From Clostridiales bacterium (GTDB lineage: Bacteria; Bacillota; Clostridia; Christensenellales; CAG-314), in contig JAFLVJ010000005.1 of assembly GCA_022508375.1 (NCBI GenBank), forward strand, positions 5,004 to 69,003: DNA of 64,000 nt. Direction: 5' to 3'. Under the pieces are notes generated by a model that did no database searches, was not told the origin of the DNA, and saw only the letters and a program-made list of their open reading frames with translations. Positions within the stretch are counted from its first letter, which is position 1. Every line of letters begins with the position of its first letter. A program made the translations under genes and the position numbers. Shown in pieces: positions 41,403 to 52,146 of this stretch.

Positions 41403-43415
41403 TTAGTTTCCGAAGCCAATCTTGCTTGTCTTTTTCACATTGACTACGAAATCCTTATCAGCAATTGCCCGAGTAAAGTCTTCCTTAGTCAACGTTACAT
41501 GCTTTTCGCCCGCAAGCTGAGTGCGCATTGCAGCCTTGGCGCACACTCTTTCGTAAAGGTTGCGGACATAGCGCGCATTGCTGAAATTTTTAGCTGTAAC
41601 AAAAGTTTCGTCCAGATTAAGAAAATACTGCTTGGCGTCCGCCAACATTTCTTCTGTGTAAGGTACACTGTTTTTGCACATGGAAAGGAAAATATCATAC
41701 AACTGTTGACGCGTAAAGTTGGGGAACTCAATGGTATATGGCATACGGCTTGCCAAACCTGCGTTTCCGCGAAGCAACTTGTTCATTTCGTCGGTGTAGC
41801 CTGCCATGATAATAACGAAATCGTTACGGTGATTTTCCATCTCGGCAATGAGGGTATCCAGCGCCTCTCTACCGAAGTCCTTGGTGTCGTCGTCGCCTCT
41901 ATGCAGCGAATACGCTTCGTCGATAAATAGCACCGAGCCGTACGCTTCACGACAAATGCTCAGCGTTTTGGGAGCGGTCTGTCCTATATATCTTCCGCAA
42001 AAATCTCTACCCGAATGTTCGTAGAATTCCCCCACGCGCAGGATATTTTTTTCCTTCAAAATCTTGCCGATGATACGTGCAACTGTCGTCTTGCCCGTGC
42101 CGGGATTGCCAACGAATCTCATATGCAGACAGGGTGAGCCAAGGGACGGATTTTGCTTAATCAACTCGATTTGGGAAATAATTTCCAATATGCGTTGCTT
42201 GATTGTCGCGGTACCTACCATTTTGTCCAACATTTCCATACCGCTGATATCCTCGGCAAATTCGACACTGCACAGTTTTTCGGTATCGTTTGACGTTATA
42301 ACCTTACTGTTACTACGCTCGCGCGCATTGGACAACTGTTTGTAGTACAGCAATTCGCCCACAACCTTGGATACCGTATCCTCTCCGTAGAACCGTCCGT
42401 CGCTACCCTCCTCGCGAATACGGTCGTAAAAACCCTTCCACGCAGATTTATCCATTGAAAAACCGTATTGCTCCAACAGCCTTGTGGCTATTTGCCCGAT
42501 TTGCTCCTTAGTATAGGGAGGGAAGGACAGCGCACGGATAAACAGCATGTCGTTTAGAGCACGTGCAATGTTGTTCATGATCTCCTTATCTACAAACGGA
42601 ATACGGAATACCAGTACTGAGTCTTCACACATCTGTTTCAGCACGGTCATAAATTCCTTAAACTCAACAATATTGACGTCGTTCATCCATTCGCTGATAT
42701 CTATACACACCAAATGTGGCGAACTGAGTTTGTGTTCAAGCTGTTTGATGAGTGATACTCTTGGATCCTCATTTGCGGTGCGCGCCTGAAGTTTGAGATT
42801 TATCACGTCGCGATGAAGACGGGCGATTTCCAGTTCGTTAATCAGGCTCACCAACTGTTGCAGATAGTTATCCAATCCGCTGCCGTCATTGATGGCAAAT
42901 ATATAGCGCTGCTCCATGAAAATCTTTTGCGTACCGTTGGCTTTCAGTTGCGGAGCAAGTTGAACAATTTCATGGGCAAGCGACTTGAATTCATCGCCAC
43001 CGATTATGTTATCTATTTTCACCAAAGTGCGTTGCCAGCTCTCGGATGCCGAGACGTCTATTTCATGCGACTTGGTGGCAAAAAGTCTGTCAAATTGATG
43101 CTTGATGTCATCAAGCGAATCGGTTTTCGCTTCAGTGGCAGCAATACTGTCCGTTTCCTCGCACTCCACTTTACTTTCGCTGAAATCGCTGTACTCTGTA
43201 CGCAAAAAGCTGCAAATCCTGTCCTTGACCTGTTGCGCCGAAAGATTGGATACTATTTGCAACTCTATCGAGCTATTTGTTTCGTTTGAAACAACGACTT
43301 CACTGTGCATTGAATGAGCAACGTAATCGCATATTTTTTGTATAGGAAGGATTGCGTCCATTCTGTGTTGTAACAACCAGTCCCAAGAAAACATAAATAC
43401 TACGGTCTTATTCAT
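41403..43415 (-). CDS. CbbX/SpoVK-like AAA+ ATPase with long N-terminal region
   Basis: GNPGTGKTT, YIGQTA, LFIDEAYSL, IMAGY, NARYVRN; degenerate AAA-like segment upstream. Confidence 0.85.
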   Translation of the reverse strand: MNKTVVFMFSWDWLLQHRMDAILPIQKICDYVAHSMHSEVVVSNETNSSIELQIVSNLSAQQVKDRICSFLRTEYSDFSESKVECEETDSIAATEAKTDSLDDIKHQFDRLFATKSHEIDVSASESWQRTLVKIDNIIGGDEFKSLAHEIVQLAPQLKANGTQKIFMEQRYIFAINDGSGLDNYLQQLVSLINELEIARLHRDVINLKLQARTANEDPRVSLIKQLEHKLSSPHLVCIDISEWMNDVNIVEFKEFMTVLKQMCEDSVLVFRIPFVDKEIMNNIARALNDMLFIRALSFPPYTKEQIGQIATRLLEQYGFSMDKSAWKGFYDRIREEGSDGRFYGEDTVSKVVGELLYYKQLSNARERSNSKVITSNDTEKLCSVEFAEDISGMEMLDKMVGTATIKQRILEIISQIELIKQNPSLGSPCLHMRFVGNPGTGKTTVARIIGKILKEKNILRVGEFYEHSGRDFCGRYIGQTAPKTLSICREAYGSVLFIDEAYSLHRGDDDTKDFGREALDTLIAEMENHRNDFVIIMAGYTDEMNKLLRGNAGLASRMPYTIEFPNFTRQQLYDIFLSMCKNSVPYTEEMLADAKQYFLNLDETFVTAKNFSNARYVRNLYERVCAKAAMRTQLAGEKHVTLTKEDFTRAIADKDFVVNVKKTSKIGFGN

Positions 43416-43586
43416 ACTTCCTCCATTTGTAAAAGCAACTTACCGTAATTGTACCACAACAGGACGTGTATTTCAACAAATTATTTATTATTTAAATATA
43501 ATTGCAACGGAAAAGCACAGATTGACGAAAAAAGAACCGAGGCTATGCGCCTCGGTTGTGTTTTCATTTGTTGGTATCGTCTTTCG

Positions 43587-44432
<846 letters not shown>

Positions 44433-44557
44433 AATTTCTCTCCTTGTACTTTCTAGGGAATTGCTCCCTATATAAATACTATGATTGTATTTTCAGTTGT
44501 GTTATACACTACTCACCGAAGGAATAATTTCTATTTTAAATTTTTTTTGTAAAACGG

Positions 44558-44615
44558 TTGACATTTGCAGAAATAAAGCATAAAATAATAACAGTTGAAC
44601 AATTATTCAACTGTT
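44558..44615 (+). promoter_or_regulatory. sigmaA promoter and ArsR/SmtB operator of the cad operon
   Basis: TTGACA(44558)-17-TAAAAT(44581); inverted repeat AACAGTTGAA-6-TTCAACTGTT at 44590-44615. Confidence 0.85.
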
Positions 44616-44645
44616 TGCATAGTAACAAGGAGAGAAAAATTTACA

Positions 44646-44999
44646 ATGACAAATGACTTGATGTGTGAAAACAATCACGTTCATGACGAGGTATGCGAAC
44701 AGGTATCTGTGGACATGCCGGACGAAAATGATCTGTACGACGTAGCCGAGCTGTTTAAGATATTCGGTGACTCAACACGAATACGCATACTGTCGGCATT
44801 GGCTCAAGCGGAAATGTGTGTTTGCGATATAGGCGAAGTGCTCAACATGACAAAATCGGCAGTATCACACCAATTGCGTATTTTACGTCAGGCAAAGCTA
44901 GTCAAAAACAGGCGCAACGGAAAAGAAATTTTTTACAGCCTTGATGACGACCACGTACTGAGCATTATCAAACTGGCACTAGAACATATACAGGAGTAA
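44646..44999 (+). CDS. ArsR/SmtB (CadC-like) metalloregulator
   Basis: FKIFGDSTRIRIL, EMCVCD, SAVSHQLR, YSLDDDHV..H. Confidence 0.92.
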   Translation: MTNDLMCENNHVHDEVCEQVSVDMPDENDLYDVAELFKIFGDSTRIRILSALAQAEMCVCDIGEVLNMTKSAVSHQLRILRQAKLVKNRRNGKEIFYSLDDDHVLSIIKLALEHIQE

Positions 45000-45003
45000 A
45001 CTT

Positions 45004-45222
45004 ATGAAAAAAGTAATTGCAATGCAAGATCTTGATTGCGCAAATTGCGCATCGAAAATGGAACAGGCAATAAGAAAGATTGACGGAGTAATCAGTTGCT
45101 CTATCAACTTTATGCTACAACGCATGACATTGGAAATGGACGACAACAATTCGGCGGAAATTATTGAACAGATAAAGAAAACTATCAAAAAGATTGAACC
45201 TGATTGCAAGTTGAAGATTTAA
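45004..45222 (+). CDS. stand-alone heavy-metal-associated (HMA) domain protein
   Basis: LDCANCA motif, 72 aa, 1 bp before cadA. Confidence 0.88.
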   Translation: MKKVIAMQDLDCANCASKMEQAIRKIDGVISCSINFMLQRMTLEMDDNNSAEIIEQIKKTIKKIEPDCKLKI

Positions 45223-45223
45223 T

Positions 45224-47101
45224 ATGTCGAAAAATAAAAAAACACTTATACGCATTGTTGTCGCGTTAATTGTCAGCGTAATTACGCTTATATTGAAATA
45301 CACTATTGACCTCAACGAATGGATACAGTTGGGACTGTTTGCAGCGGCTTACATCGTTGCAGGTTACGACGTGCTGTTGAAAGCCGTTACCAATATCTTC
45401 CACGGCAAAGTTTTTGACGAGCACTTTTTGATGACAATCGCCACCATTGGCGCGTTTGCAATAGGCGAATACGCTGACGCTGCCGCAGTTATGATACTGT
45501 ATCAAATCGGCGAACTATTCCAACGTTACGCCGTCGGAAAAAGCCGCAAAAACATCGCATCATTGATGGATATAAGACCTGAAGAAGCGCGAGTTTTAAG
45601 AAACGGTGAGGAAATTAGTGTCCATCCATCGGAAATTGAAGTAGGCGAAATATTCGTCGTCAAGGCAGGCGACAAAATCGCTCTCGACGGCATTATTCAA
45701 AAAGGCGAATGTAACGTGGATACGTCCGCTATCACGGGCGAAAGTTTACCGCGCAAGGTTAGCGAGGGGCAAACAGTACTGTCCGGCTGTATCAATCTGG
45801 ATGGAGTAATCTATGTTACCGCAACGGGTACGTACGACGACAGCACCGTTGCAAAAATACTGGACTTGGTTGAAAACGCCACGTCAAGTAAAGCCCCTGC
45901 CGAAAACTTCATTACTAAGTTCAGCAAGTACTACACTCCCATCGTTGTAGGACTGGCAGTGTTGCTAGGAGTTCTTCCACCGCTGGTAACTGCGCAGTTT
46001 ACTGACTTAAGTGTATGGAGTACATGGCTTAAACGCGCTATGATGTTCCTATTTGTATCTTGTCCATGCGCTTTGGTGATTTCCGTACCGTTGGGATTTT
46101 TCGGCGGGATAGCCGCTGCCAGCAAACGCGGAATATTGGTAAAAGGCAGTAACTACTTGGAATTGTTGGCAAAAGTCAACACTATTGCGTTTGACAAGAC
46201 GGGAACGCTTACAAAGGGTAACTTTGCTGTAACGGAAGTTTATCCGAAAGATAACAGTAAACAAGTGTTGGAGCTTGCTGCAATCGCCGAACAATACAGC
46301 AATCACCCTATTGCTATTTCCATAAACAAACATGCAAAAGCAAAGTGTGAAGCCAAGGTAACGGAAATTGCAGGCAAAGGCTTGCAGGCGCAAACGGATT
46401 ACTCCACCATTTTGTGTGGCAATTCGCAACTCATGACGGATAACGGAATCGAACATCCGCAAGCATCAGGTGGAACGGTAGTTTACGTTGCAGAAAAGCA
46501 AAACGGCGACGAAACAGGTAAATTTGTCGGCTACATTGTAATAGCGGACGAAATCAAGTCAGACGCAGAAATTGCCGTTCGTCAACTTCAGCAAAGCGGT
46601 TGCAAAACGGTTATGCTAACCGGCGACAATGCATCCACGGCGAAAACGGTTGCTCAAAAACTCGCAATTGATAGTTATTTTGCAGAGCTTTTACCGCAAG
46701 ACAAGGTAACCAAACTTAACGAACTCAAAGGCAAAAACACGACGGTTGCATTTGTCGGTGACGGCATAAACGACGCGCCCGTGCTTGCAACAGCGGACGT
46801 TGGTATTGCAATGGGCGGTATGGGTAGTGACGTGGCAATAGAAACGGCGGATGTCGTACTAATGCAGGACAACCCCACCGCTATTTCAACGGCAAAGCGC
46901 ATTGCGAAAAAGACGTTAAACATTGTACGCGAAAATATTATCATATCATTACTGATAAAGTTTGCCGTACTTGTGCTTTCCGCAGTGGGTGTGCTTGATC
47001 TAGTATCCTTCGGTCTGATAATAGCAATACTTGCCGACGTTGGCGTGTGCGTTGTTGCAATACTCAACTCCATGCGCGCCATGTTAGTAAGCAAAAAATA
47101 A
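45224..47101 (+). CDS. cadA: Zn/Cd-translocating P1B-type ATPase
   Basis: [29 protein letters not shown]. Confidence 0.92.
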   Translation: MSKNKKTLIRIVVALIVSVITLILKYTIDLNEWIQLGLFAAAYIVAGYDVLLKAVTNIFHGKVFDEHFLMTIATIGAFAIGEYADAAAVMILYQIGELFQRYAVGKSRKNIASLMDIRPEEARVLRNGEEISVHPSEIEVGEIFVVKAGDKIALDGIIQKGECNVDTSAITGESLPRKVSEGQTVLSGCINLDGVIYVTATGTYDDSTVAKILDLVENATSSKAPAENFITKFSKYYTPIVVGLAVLLGVLPPLVTAQFTDLSVWSTWLKRAMMFLFVSCPCALVISVPLGFFGGIAAASKRGILVKGSNYLELLAKVNTIAFDKTGTLTKGNFAVTEVYPKDNSKQVLELAAIAEQYSNHPIAISINKHAKAKCEAKVTEIAGKGLQAQTDYSTILCGNSQLMTDNGIEHPQASGGTVVYVAEKQNGDETGKFVGYIVIADEIKSDAEIAVRQLQQSGCKTVMLTGDNASTAKTVAQKLAIDSYFAELLPQDKVTKLNELKGKNTTVAFVGDGINDAPVLATADVGIAMGGMGSDVAIETADVVLMQDNPTAISTAKRIAKKTLNIVRENIIISLLIKFAVLVLSAVGVLDLVSFGLIIAILADVGVCVVAILNSMRAMLVSKK

Positions 47102-47173
47102 TACATCGAATATAGTAAAAGCCCAACCGCACTAGCAGTTGGGCTTGTATTTTGTGAAGATACAAATGGGAAT

Positions 47174-47683
47174 CTATAGTTCAATGTCAACTTTATATTC
47201 CGTATCAATCAAAACGTAATTCAATGAGTATTTTTTACACATCTGCAAATTTGTTTGATTGGCTTCAATCAATTCTTCTTGCGTAAAGTCACTGTTTAAT
47301 CTCTTTTCAATTACGTTTTCGTAAGTAGAAAGCATTGAAAAATTGTTTTGGATATATTTTTTACTCATTATAAGACAATAGTATTTGATTTGAGATAAAT
47401 ACTCTTTATCAAAAGATTTTTCCCAGTCGAAAGGAATATAACAGCCTTCTATAGTAAGGTTTTGACCATTTTCTATTGCCGTTTTTATTATTTCCTTGAC
47501 TATTGACCAAAGATAAGGTGTAAGCCTTTCGTCATCGCATACACTTAAAGTAGTTTGACCACTTCTTATCAAACCCATTTTTAAGTGGTCGATTGACAAA
47601 TAAGGAAATTTGTATTTTTCCAACAATCGTTGCGCCAAAGCCGTTTTACCTGTATGCGTTGCGCCTGCTATTAAAACTATCAT
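47174..47683 (-). CDS. small P-loop NTPase (nucleotide-kinase-like)
   Basis: GATHTGKT Walker A, IEG; visibly AT-richer than its neighbours. Confidence 0.75.
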   Translation of the reverse strand: MIVLIAGATHTGKTALAQRLLEKYKFPYLSIDHLKMGLIRSGQTTLSVCDDERLTPYLWSIVKEIIKTAIENGQNLTIEGCYIPFDWEKSFDKEYLSQIKYYCLIMSKKYIQNNFSMLSTYENVIEKRLNSDFTQEELIEANQTNLQMCKKYSLNYVLIDTEYKVDIEL

Positions 47684-47714
47684 TGTTCTCCGCTAAATTA
47701 GTTTACCTGTAGTT

Positions 47715-48824
47715 CTATTTTCTTTCAATTGTAATCAGTACTTCGTAATCGACAATGCCGCGCACTGCTCTTTCTAAGTCGCAACGCAACATTTCGTCGG
47801 ACTTATTGCAGGAATAAGGCACTTCTACGTCAAAAATCAATTTGTTACGTACTCCGCGAACAAGTCGAAAATCATGCAATCCGAAATCTTGCTGGACGTT
47901 TTCGATTGCCTCGCGCACACTTGCTTCAAGTTCCAACGCCTCTCTGTCCTGCAAATCGACCGGATCGAAGTGCGCAGTCAACGCAACATTGAGCGTATCT
48001 TTTACTTCATGCTCTATCTCGTCAAGTACCGCATGGGCTTGAAGTGAAGGTATATTTGCGTCCATTTCCACGTGCACAGTCGAAAAAAACATATCATTGC
48101 CATAACTGTATATGCGCAAATCGTGAATGCCGATAATACCGTCTTTCGAGCAAATAACTGCTTTGATTTTGTCCAACAAGTCCGCATTGGGCGCTTGTCC
48201 CAACAACTTGGAACTGGCATCTTTGACAATCTTTACACCTTGCCATAGAACAAACAACGCCACGAGTATTCCTATCCAACCGTCCGCAGGGAAATCGGTA
48301 AACTGCAAAACCAGTACACCTACAATAACGGCTGTCGTAGCGATACAGTCACACAGGCTATCCGTTGCGGCGGCTTTTAGCGAATCGGATTGCAAGTTCC
48401 TAGCCACTATACGGTAAAACACAAACATTGCCGCCTTGACCGCCACGGAAATTGCCAACACAAGATAAACTATCCAGGAAGTTTCGGGTAACACCTTCGA
48501 AATTATTTTGTCTATCGATTCGCGCACAAGCCCCACAGCGAAAAACAGCACGAAAAAGCCTGTAACTAACGAAGCGATGTATTCAACGCGACGGTGACCG
48601 TAAGGGTGCTCCTTATCGGCAGGCTTTTCGGATATTCGAAACGCAACAAGCGTAACTACACTGCTACCGCAATCGCTCAGGTTGTTAAATCCGTCTGCCA
48701 CAACAGAAACCAAGCCGAACATTAACCCTACGGCGAGTTTCGATACTGCAAGCAATACGTTACAGACGATACCGATCGCGCTTGCAAGCGTTCCTTTTTT
48801 TAAATGTAATTTGTTGTTTTTCAT
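47715..48824 (-). CDS. cation diffusion facilitator family transporter
   Basis: ADGFNNLSD, PADKEHPYGH, IHDLRI, C-terminal domains; start trimmed to MKNNKL. Confidence 0.92.
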   Translation of the reverse strand: MKNNKLHLKKGTLASAIGIVCNVLLAVSKLAVGLMFGLVSVVADGFNNLSDCGSSVVTLVAFRISEKPADKEHPYGHRRVEYIASLVTGFFVLFFAVGLVRESIDKIISKVLPETSWIVYLVLAISVAVKAAMFVFYRIVARNLQSDSLKAAATDSLCDCIATTAVIVGVLVLQFTDFPADGWIGILVALFVLWQGVKIVKDASSKLLGQAPNADLLDKIKAVICSKDGIIGIHDLRIYSYGNDMFFSTVHVEMDANIPSLQAHAVLDEIEHEVKDTLNVALTAHFDPVDLQDREALELEASVREAIENVQQDFGLHDFRLVRGVRNKLIFDVEVPYSCNKSDEMLRCDLERAVRGIVDYEVLITIERK

Positions 48825-48890
48825 AGTCAATAATATGTATGTTTTGTGCTCATTGTCATTCGCCAATTTATCGTCAAATTGAAATATATA

Positions 48891-48974
48891 TCCGACCAAA
48901 CGCGCGTGGACTTGGTTGACTTCACTACGTTGCGCAACTTTGCACTACGTGAGCTACGCTTCCACGCGGTCGGA
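48891..48974. repeat. inverted-repeat-bounded REP-like element
   Basis: TCCGAC..CGCGTGGA pairs with TCCACGCG-GTCGGA; internal CACTACGT direct repeats. Confidence 0.45.
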
Positions 48975-49046
48975 CTAACAATGGCGTAAAGATTCGGTAC
49001 ACGCCCGAACTTTGCGGACATTAAATTGAAATTTGTTTTGCTTTTA

Positions 49047-49676
49047 CTAAATTTGTTCGTAAAGAAAACCGTCGAAAAGATCGCCGCTATCCTTATAATA
49101 CAGTTTTCCGTTCTCGGCATAAAACGTTGTATTTTTTTCGGACACTGTACAATGAAACTCAATTTTAACGAGTATCACGTAGGTATATTTAAGATGACCT
49201 TCGCGAATATAGTAACCGCGGTACCAATAGTCCACAGGAAAAATTTTTGAAATATTCGCGCCAAGGTGTAAATTGATTACAAGGGTTTGACACTCATCAT
49301 CAATAACAGTTGTGTAATCATCTGTTTTGGGGTAAGTATCTTCAGTCCACCAACCATACTGTGTCCCACTTGGTCTATCGCTGCTCGTACTTGTGATAAC
49401 GTTAAACGCCTCCACCTTGACATCTGTGTCGATATCTCTACCCAAGCCTGTAACAGGAACTCCCTTTATCTCGTCCGGAATGACATAATTCAAGTCATCA
49501 TCACGCACCCAAATATTTTCACAAAATGCGTCGTTACGTATTAAGCTATATTGATAGGTATAGCGACCGTCATCCGTTTCATAAGTTAAAAAATACATCC
49601 AACATGCGGAAAACAAAAAGCTTGCAACTAACAATAATACCGCCAAACTCGCGACTACACTAATTTTTCGTTTCAT
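49047..49676 (-). CDS. putative lipoprotein with BspA/LRR-flanking-type motifs
   Basis: MKRK, hydrophobic core, FSAC lipobox; IPDEIKGVPVTGLG and VSEKNTTFYAENGKLY motifs. Confidence 0.65.
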   Translation of the reverse strand: MKRKISVVASLAVLLLVASFLFSACWMYFLTYETDDGRYTYQYSLIRNDAFCENIWVRDDDLNYVIPDEIKGVPVTGLGRDIDTDVKVEAFNVITSTSSDRPSGTQYGWWTEDTYPKTDDYTTVIDDECQTLVINLHLGANISKIFPVDYWYRGYYIREGHLKYTYVILVKIEFHCTVSEKNTTFYAENGKLYYKDSGDLFDGFLYEQI

Positions 49677-49787
49677 AACTTTACCTTTCAACTGCATAAT
49701 TTGCAAGTTACACTTTAATTTACTACTACAACATATCAAATAGCAGTTTTGTCCCACCATTTGCAAAGTTCTTTGTATGTTATATTA

Positions 49788-50231
49788 CTATTTACCGTTA
49801 ATTCTATTGTTATAACTTATGGTTATATGCCCTATTCCGAAAATAACCGCAAAGGTTATAAGAGGTACTGACAAAAGCATTATTCCGCTAAATATAAACA
49901 ACACGGTGGGCGTCACCGATAACCATAGCATTTTGGCAGCGCTACGCCCTTTACGGAAAATTATCCAACCCAACAGGTACAGGACAAGCAATATACCATT
50001 TACAATCAGGTACACCAACAAAGCGTGATTGAACCAAAAATTGAAATACGTGTACGGAACATTGAACACCATAAACGCCATACAACCGTAGCGACCTACT
50101 TGCTCTAAGACAAGCATAGCCTTGTTGTTGTACTTATTTTCAAACGCGCCTTTGTCAATTACCGCGCTTATTATATTGGGTATCAGTATGATTACAACCG
50201 CAATCAGACCGTAATAGTTAAACCAACTCAT
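49788..50231 (-). CDS. hypothetical membrane protein
   Basis: 147 aa with 4-5 hydrophobic segments; downstream of the ABC pair. Confidence 0.75.
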   Translation of the reverse strand: MSWFNYYGLIAVVIILIPNIISAVIDKGAFENKYNNKAMLVLEQVGRYGCMAFMVFNVPYTYFNFWFNHALLVYLIVNGILLVLYLLGWIIFRKGRSAAKMLWLSVTPTVLFIFSGIMLLSVPLITFAVIFGIGHITISYNNRINGK

Positions 50232-50258
50232 ATTCGAAAATTTATGTCTATTGCTTTA

Positions 50259-52145
50259 TTACTGCTTTTTAAGCTGTTCTTTGTTGTACTGCAACATATA
50301 AAGCTCGTAGTAACGACCGCGCTGTTTAAGTAGTTCGTGGTGATTGCCTTGCTCTACTATTTGTCCGTCGGATACAACAATGATGTTATCGGCGTGCTGT
50401 ATTGTTGACAGACGGTGAGCTACAATCAACATTGTGCCAATGTTCATCATCTTGGTAAGGCTATCCTGAATGAGTACTTCCGTTTCCGTGTCGATATTGG
50501 CGGTTGCCTCGTCCAGTATCATAACTTCCGGCTTGTGGATAATCGTACGCGCAAATGATAGCAGCTGCCGTTGACCTGCCGAGAAGTTGTTACCGCGTTC
50601 GCGCACCTCTTCATCTAACCCATTGCCCAAACGGTCGATAAACTTGTCGGCGTTGACGTATCTGCACGCCTCAAGCACCTGCTCGTCATCGAACTCATCG
50701 CGAAGTACGATATTGCTACGAATGGTCCCTGCAAATAGGAAAACGTCCTGCAACATCTGTCCGAAGTGCTTACGTAAAGATGCTATCTTGATGTGGCGGA
50801 TGTTTATACCGTCAAGCAATATTTCACCCTGCTGAATGTCGTAGTTGCGGCAAAGCAAGGATAGGATAGTTGTTTTTCCGCTACCGGTTGCACCTACAAA
50901 TGCCACAGTATCGTTAGCATTCACGTGGAAGCTGACGTCTTTTAATATCCATTCACCCTCGTTATAGGCAAACCAAACATTTTTAAACTCGATTTCACCG
51001 CGCACTGTTTCCAGTTCGATTGCATCCTCTTCATCCACTACGTCCGGTTCGATATCCATGATTGTAAATATCTTTTCCGCCGAGGCGAACGCCGATTGCA
51101 GACGGTGAAACTGCTCCGCCAAGCCTTGAATCGGGTTGAAAAAGCGGGAAATGAACATATAGAAAATAACTATCGTTTCGCCTGATATCGTTTGACCCAA
51201 TATCTGCTTGCCGTCTAACGCGCCCTTTGCGCCAAGGAAGAACAAACACAGTACCGACGAAATATACAGCATGTACGTTATTGGACGGAAAATACCGAAT
51301 ACAAAAGTCTGACCGCGTTGTGCCCTGTACAGTTTTTCGTTTTTAACGTTGAATTCGTCCATTTTGCGCTGTTCGCGGTTGAAAACCTGTATAATCTTCA
51401 TCCCCGAGAGGTGCTCGGACAGATACGTGTTGATATCCGTTGTACCGTTCTTTACCTGACGGTAAGCCCTGCGGGAAAATCTGCGGAAAATGACAGTAAA
51501 CAGTACAACAAACGGTACAAAGCAAAGCACCATCAACGACAAAAGGTAATTAACACACAGCATTGCAACAAGCACGCCAACAATTACAAACATGTTCTTG
51601 ACGAGGTTCACAAGCATACCTGTAAACATCATGGAAATGGCGTTTGTGTCGTTTGTTACGCGCGTGACAAGTCTGCCAACCGGCATCTTGGACAGTTGCG
51701 AGTGAGACAGACTTTCGATATGCGTAAAGGCGTCTTCGCGCAGTTTGGAAATGATCTTTTGACCTGTTTTTTGCAACACTATCGCCTGAACGTAACCCGC
51801 CGCCTGCGACAGTATAAGTATTGCTGCGTAAAGCAACACGCGCCACAGCACGTCGTTGTACGCAAATCCCTCTATTGCAATAATGCTTTCGATATTGCCA
51901 ACAAGGATGGGCGATATGATGGTATAGGAAATGGATAGCAGCATCACCAGCCCAACAATTACGAAATTGAGCCAGTAGGGTTTGGCGTAACGCAACAGTC
52001 TTCGCATAAGCTCGCCGTCTTTCATATTGCGATCAAAGCCCATTGCTTCCTTTTTGTCCTTGACAAGCGCGTAAGCAAGTATCAACGCGGATGTTATAAC
52101 TCCAATTATTGCGCCAACAATTAAAAGAGGTAAATAATTTTTCAT
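50259..52145 (-). CDS. ABC exporter, fused permease/ATPase (heterodimer subunit)
   Basis: GATGSGKTT, FSAGQRQ, LDEAT, AHRL; start trimmed to MKNYLP. Confidence 0.93.
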   Translation of the reverse strand: MKNYLPLLIVGAIIGVITSALILAYALVKDKKEAMGFDRNMKDGELMRRLLRYAKPYWLNFVIVGLVMLLSISYTIISPILVGNIESIIAIEGFAYNDVLWRVLLYAAILILSQAAGYVQAIVLQKTGQKIISKLREDAFTHIESLSHSQLSKMPVGRLVTRVTNDTNAISMMFTGMLVNLVKNMFVIVGVLVAMLCVNYLLSLMVLCFVPFVVLFTVIFRRFSRRAYRQVKNGTTDINTYLSEHLSGMKIIQVFNREQRKMDEFNVKNEKLYRAQRGQTFVFGIFRPITYMLYISSVLCLFFLGAKGALDGKQILGQTISGETIVIFYMFISRFFNPIQGLAEQFHRLQSAFASAEKIFTIMDIEPDVVDEEDAIELETVRGEIEFKNVWFAYNEGEWILKDVSFHVNANDTVAFVGATGSGKTTILSLLCRNYDIQQGEILLDGINIRHIKIASLRKHFGQMLQDVFLFAGTIRSNIVLRDEFDDEQVLEACRYVNADKFIDRLGNGLDEEVRERGNNFSAGQRQLLSFARTIIHKPEVMILDEATANIDTETEVLIQDSLTKMMNIGTMLIVAHRLSTIQHADNIIVVSDGQIVEQGNHHELLKQRGRYYELYMLQYNKEQLKKQ

Positions 52146-52146
52146 A

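Noticed and set aside
45004-45224. cadA apparently split by a frameshift
   Set aside because: The HMA ORF has its own RBS and clean stop, and stand-alone HMA genes before cadA are common in Clostridia.
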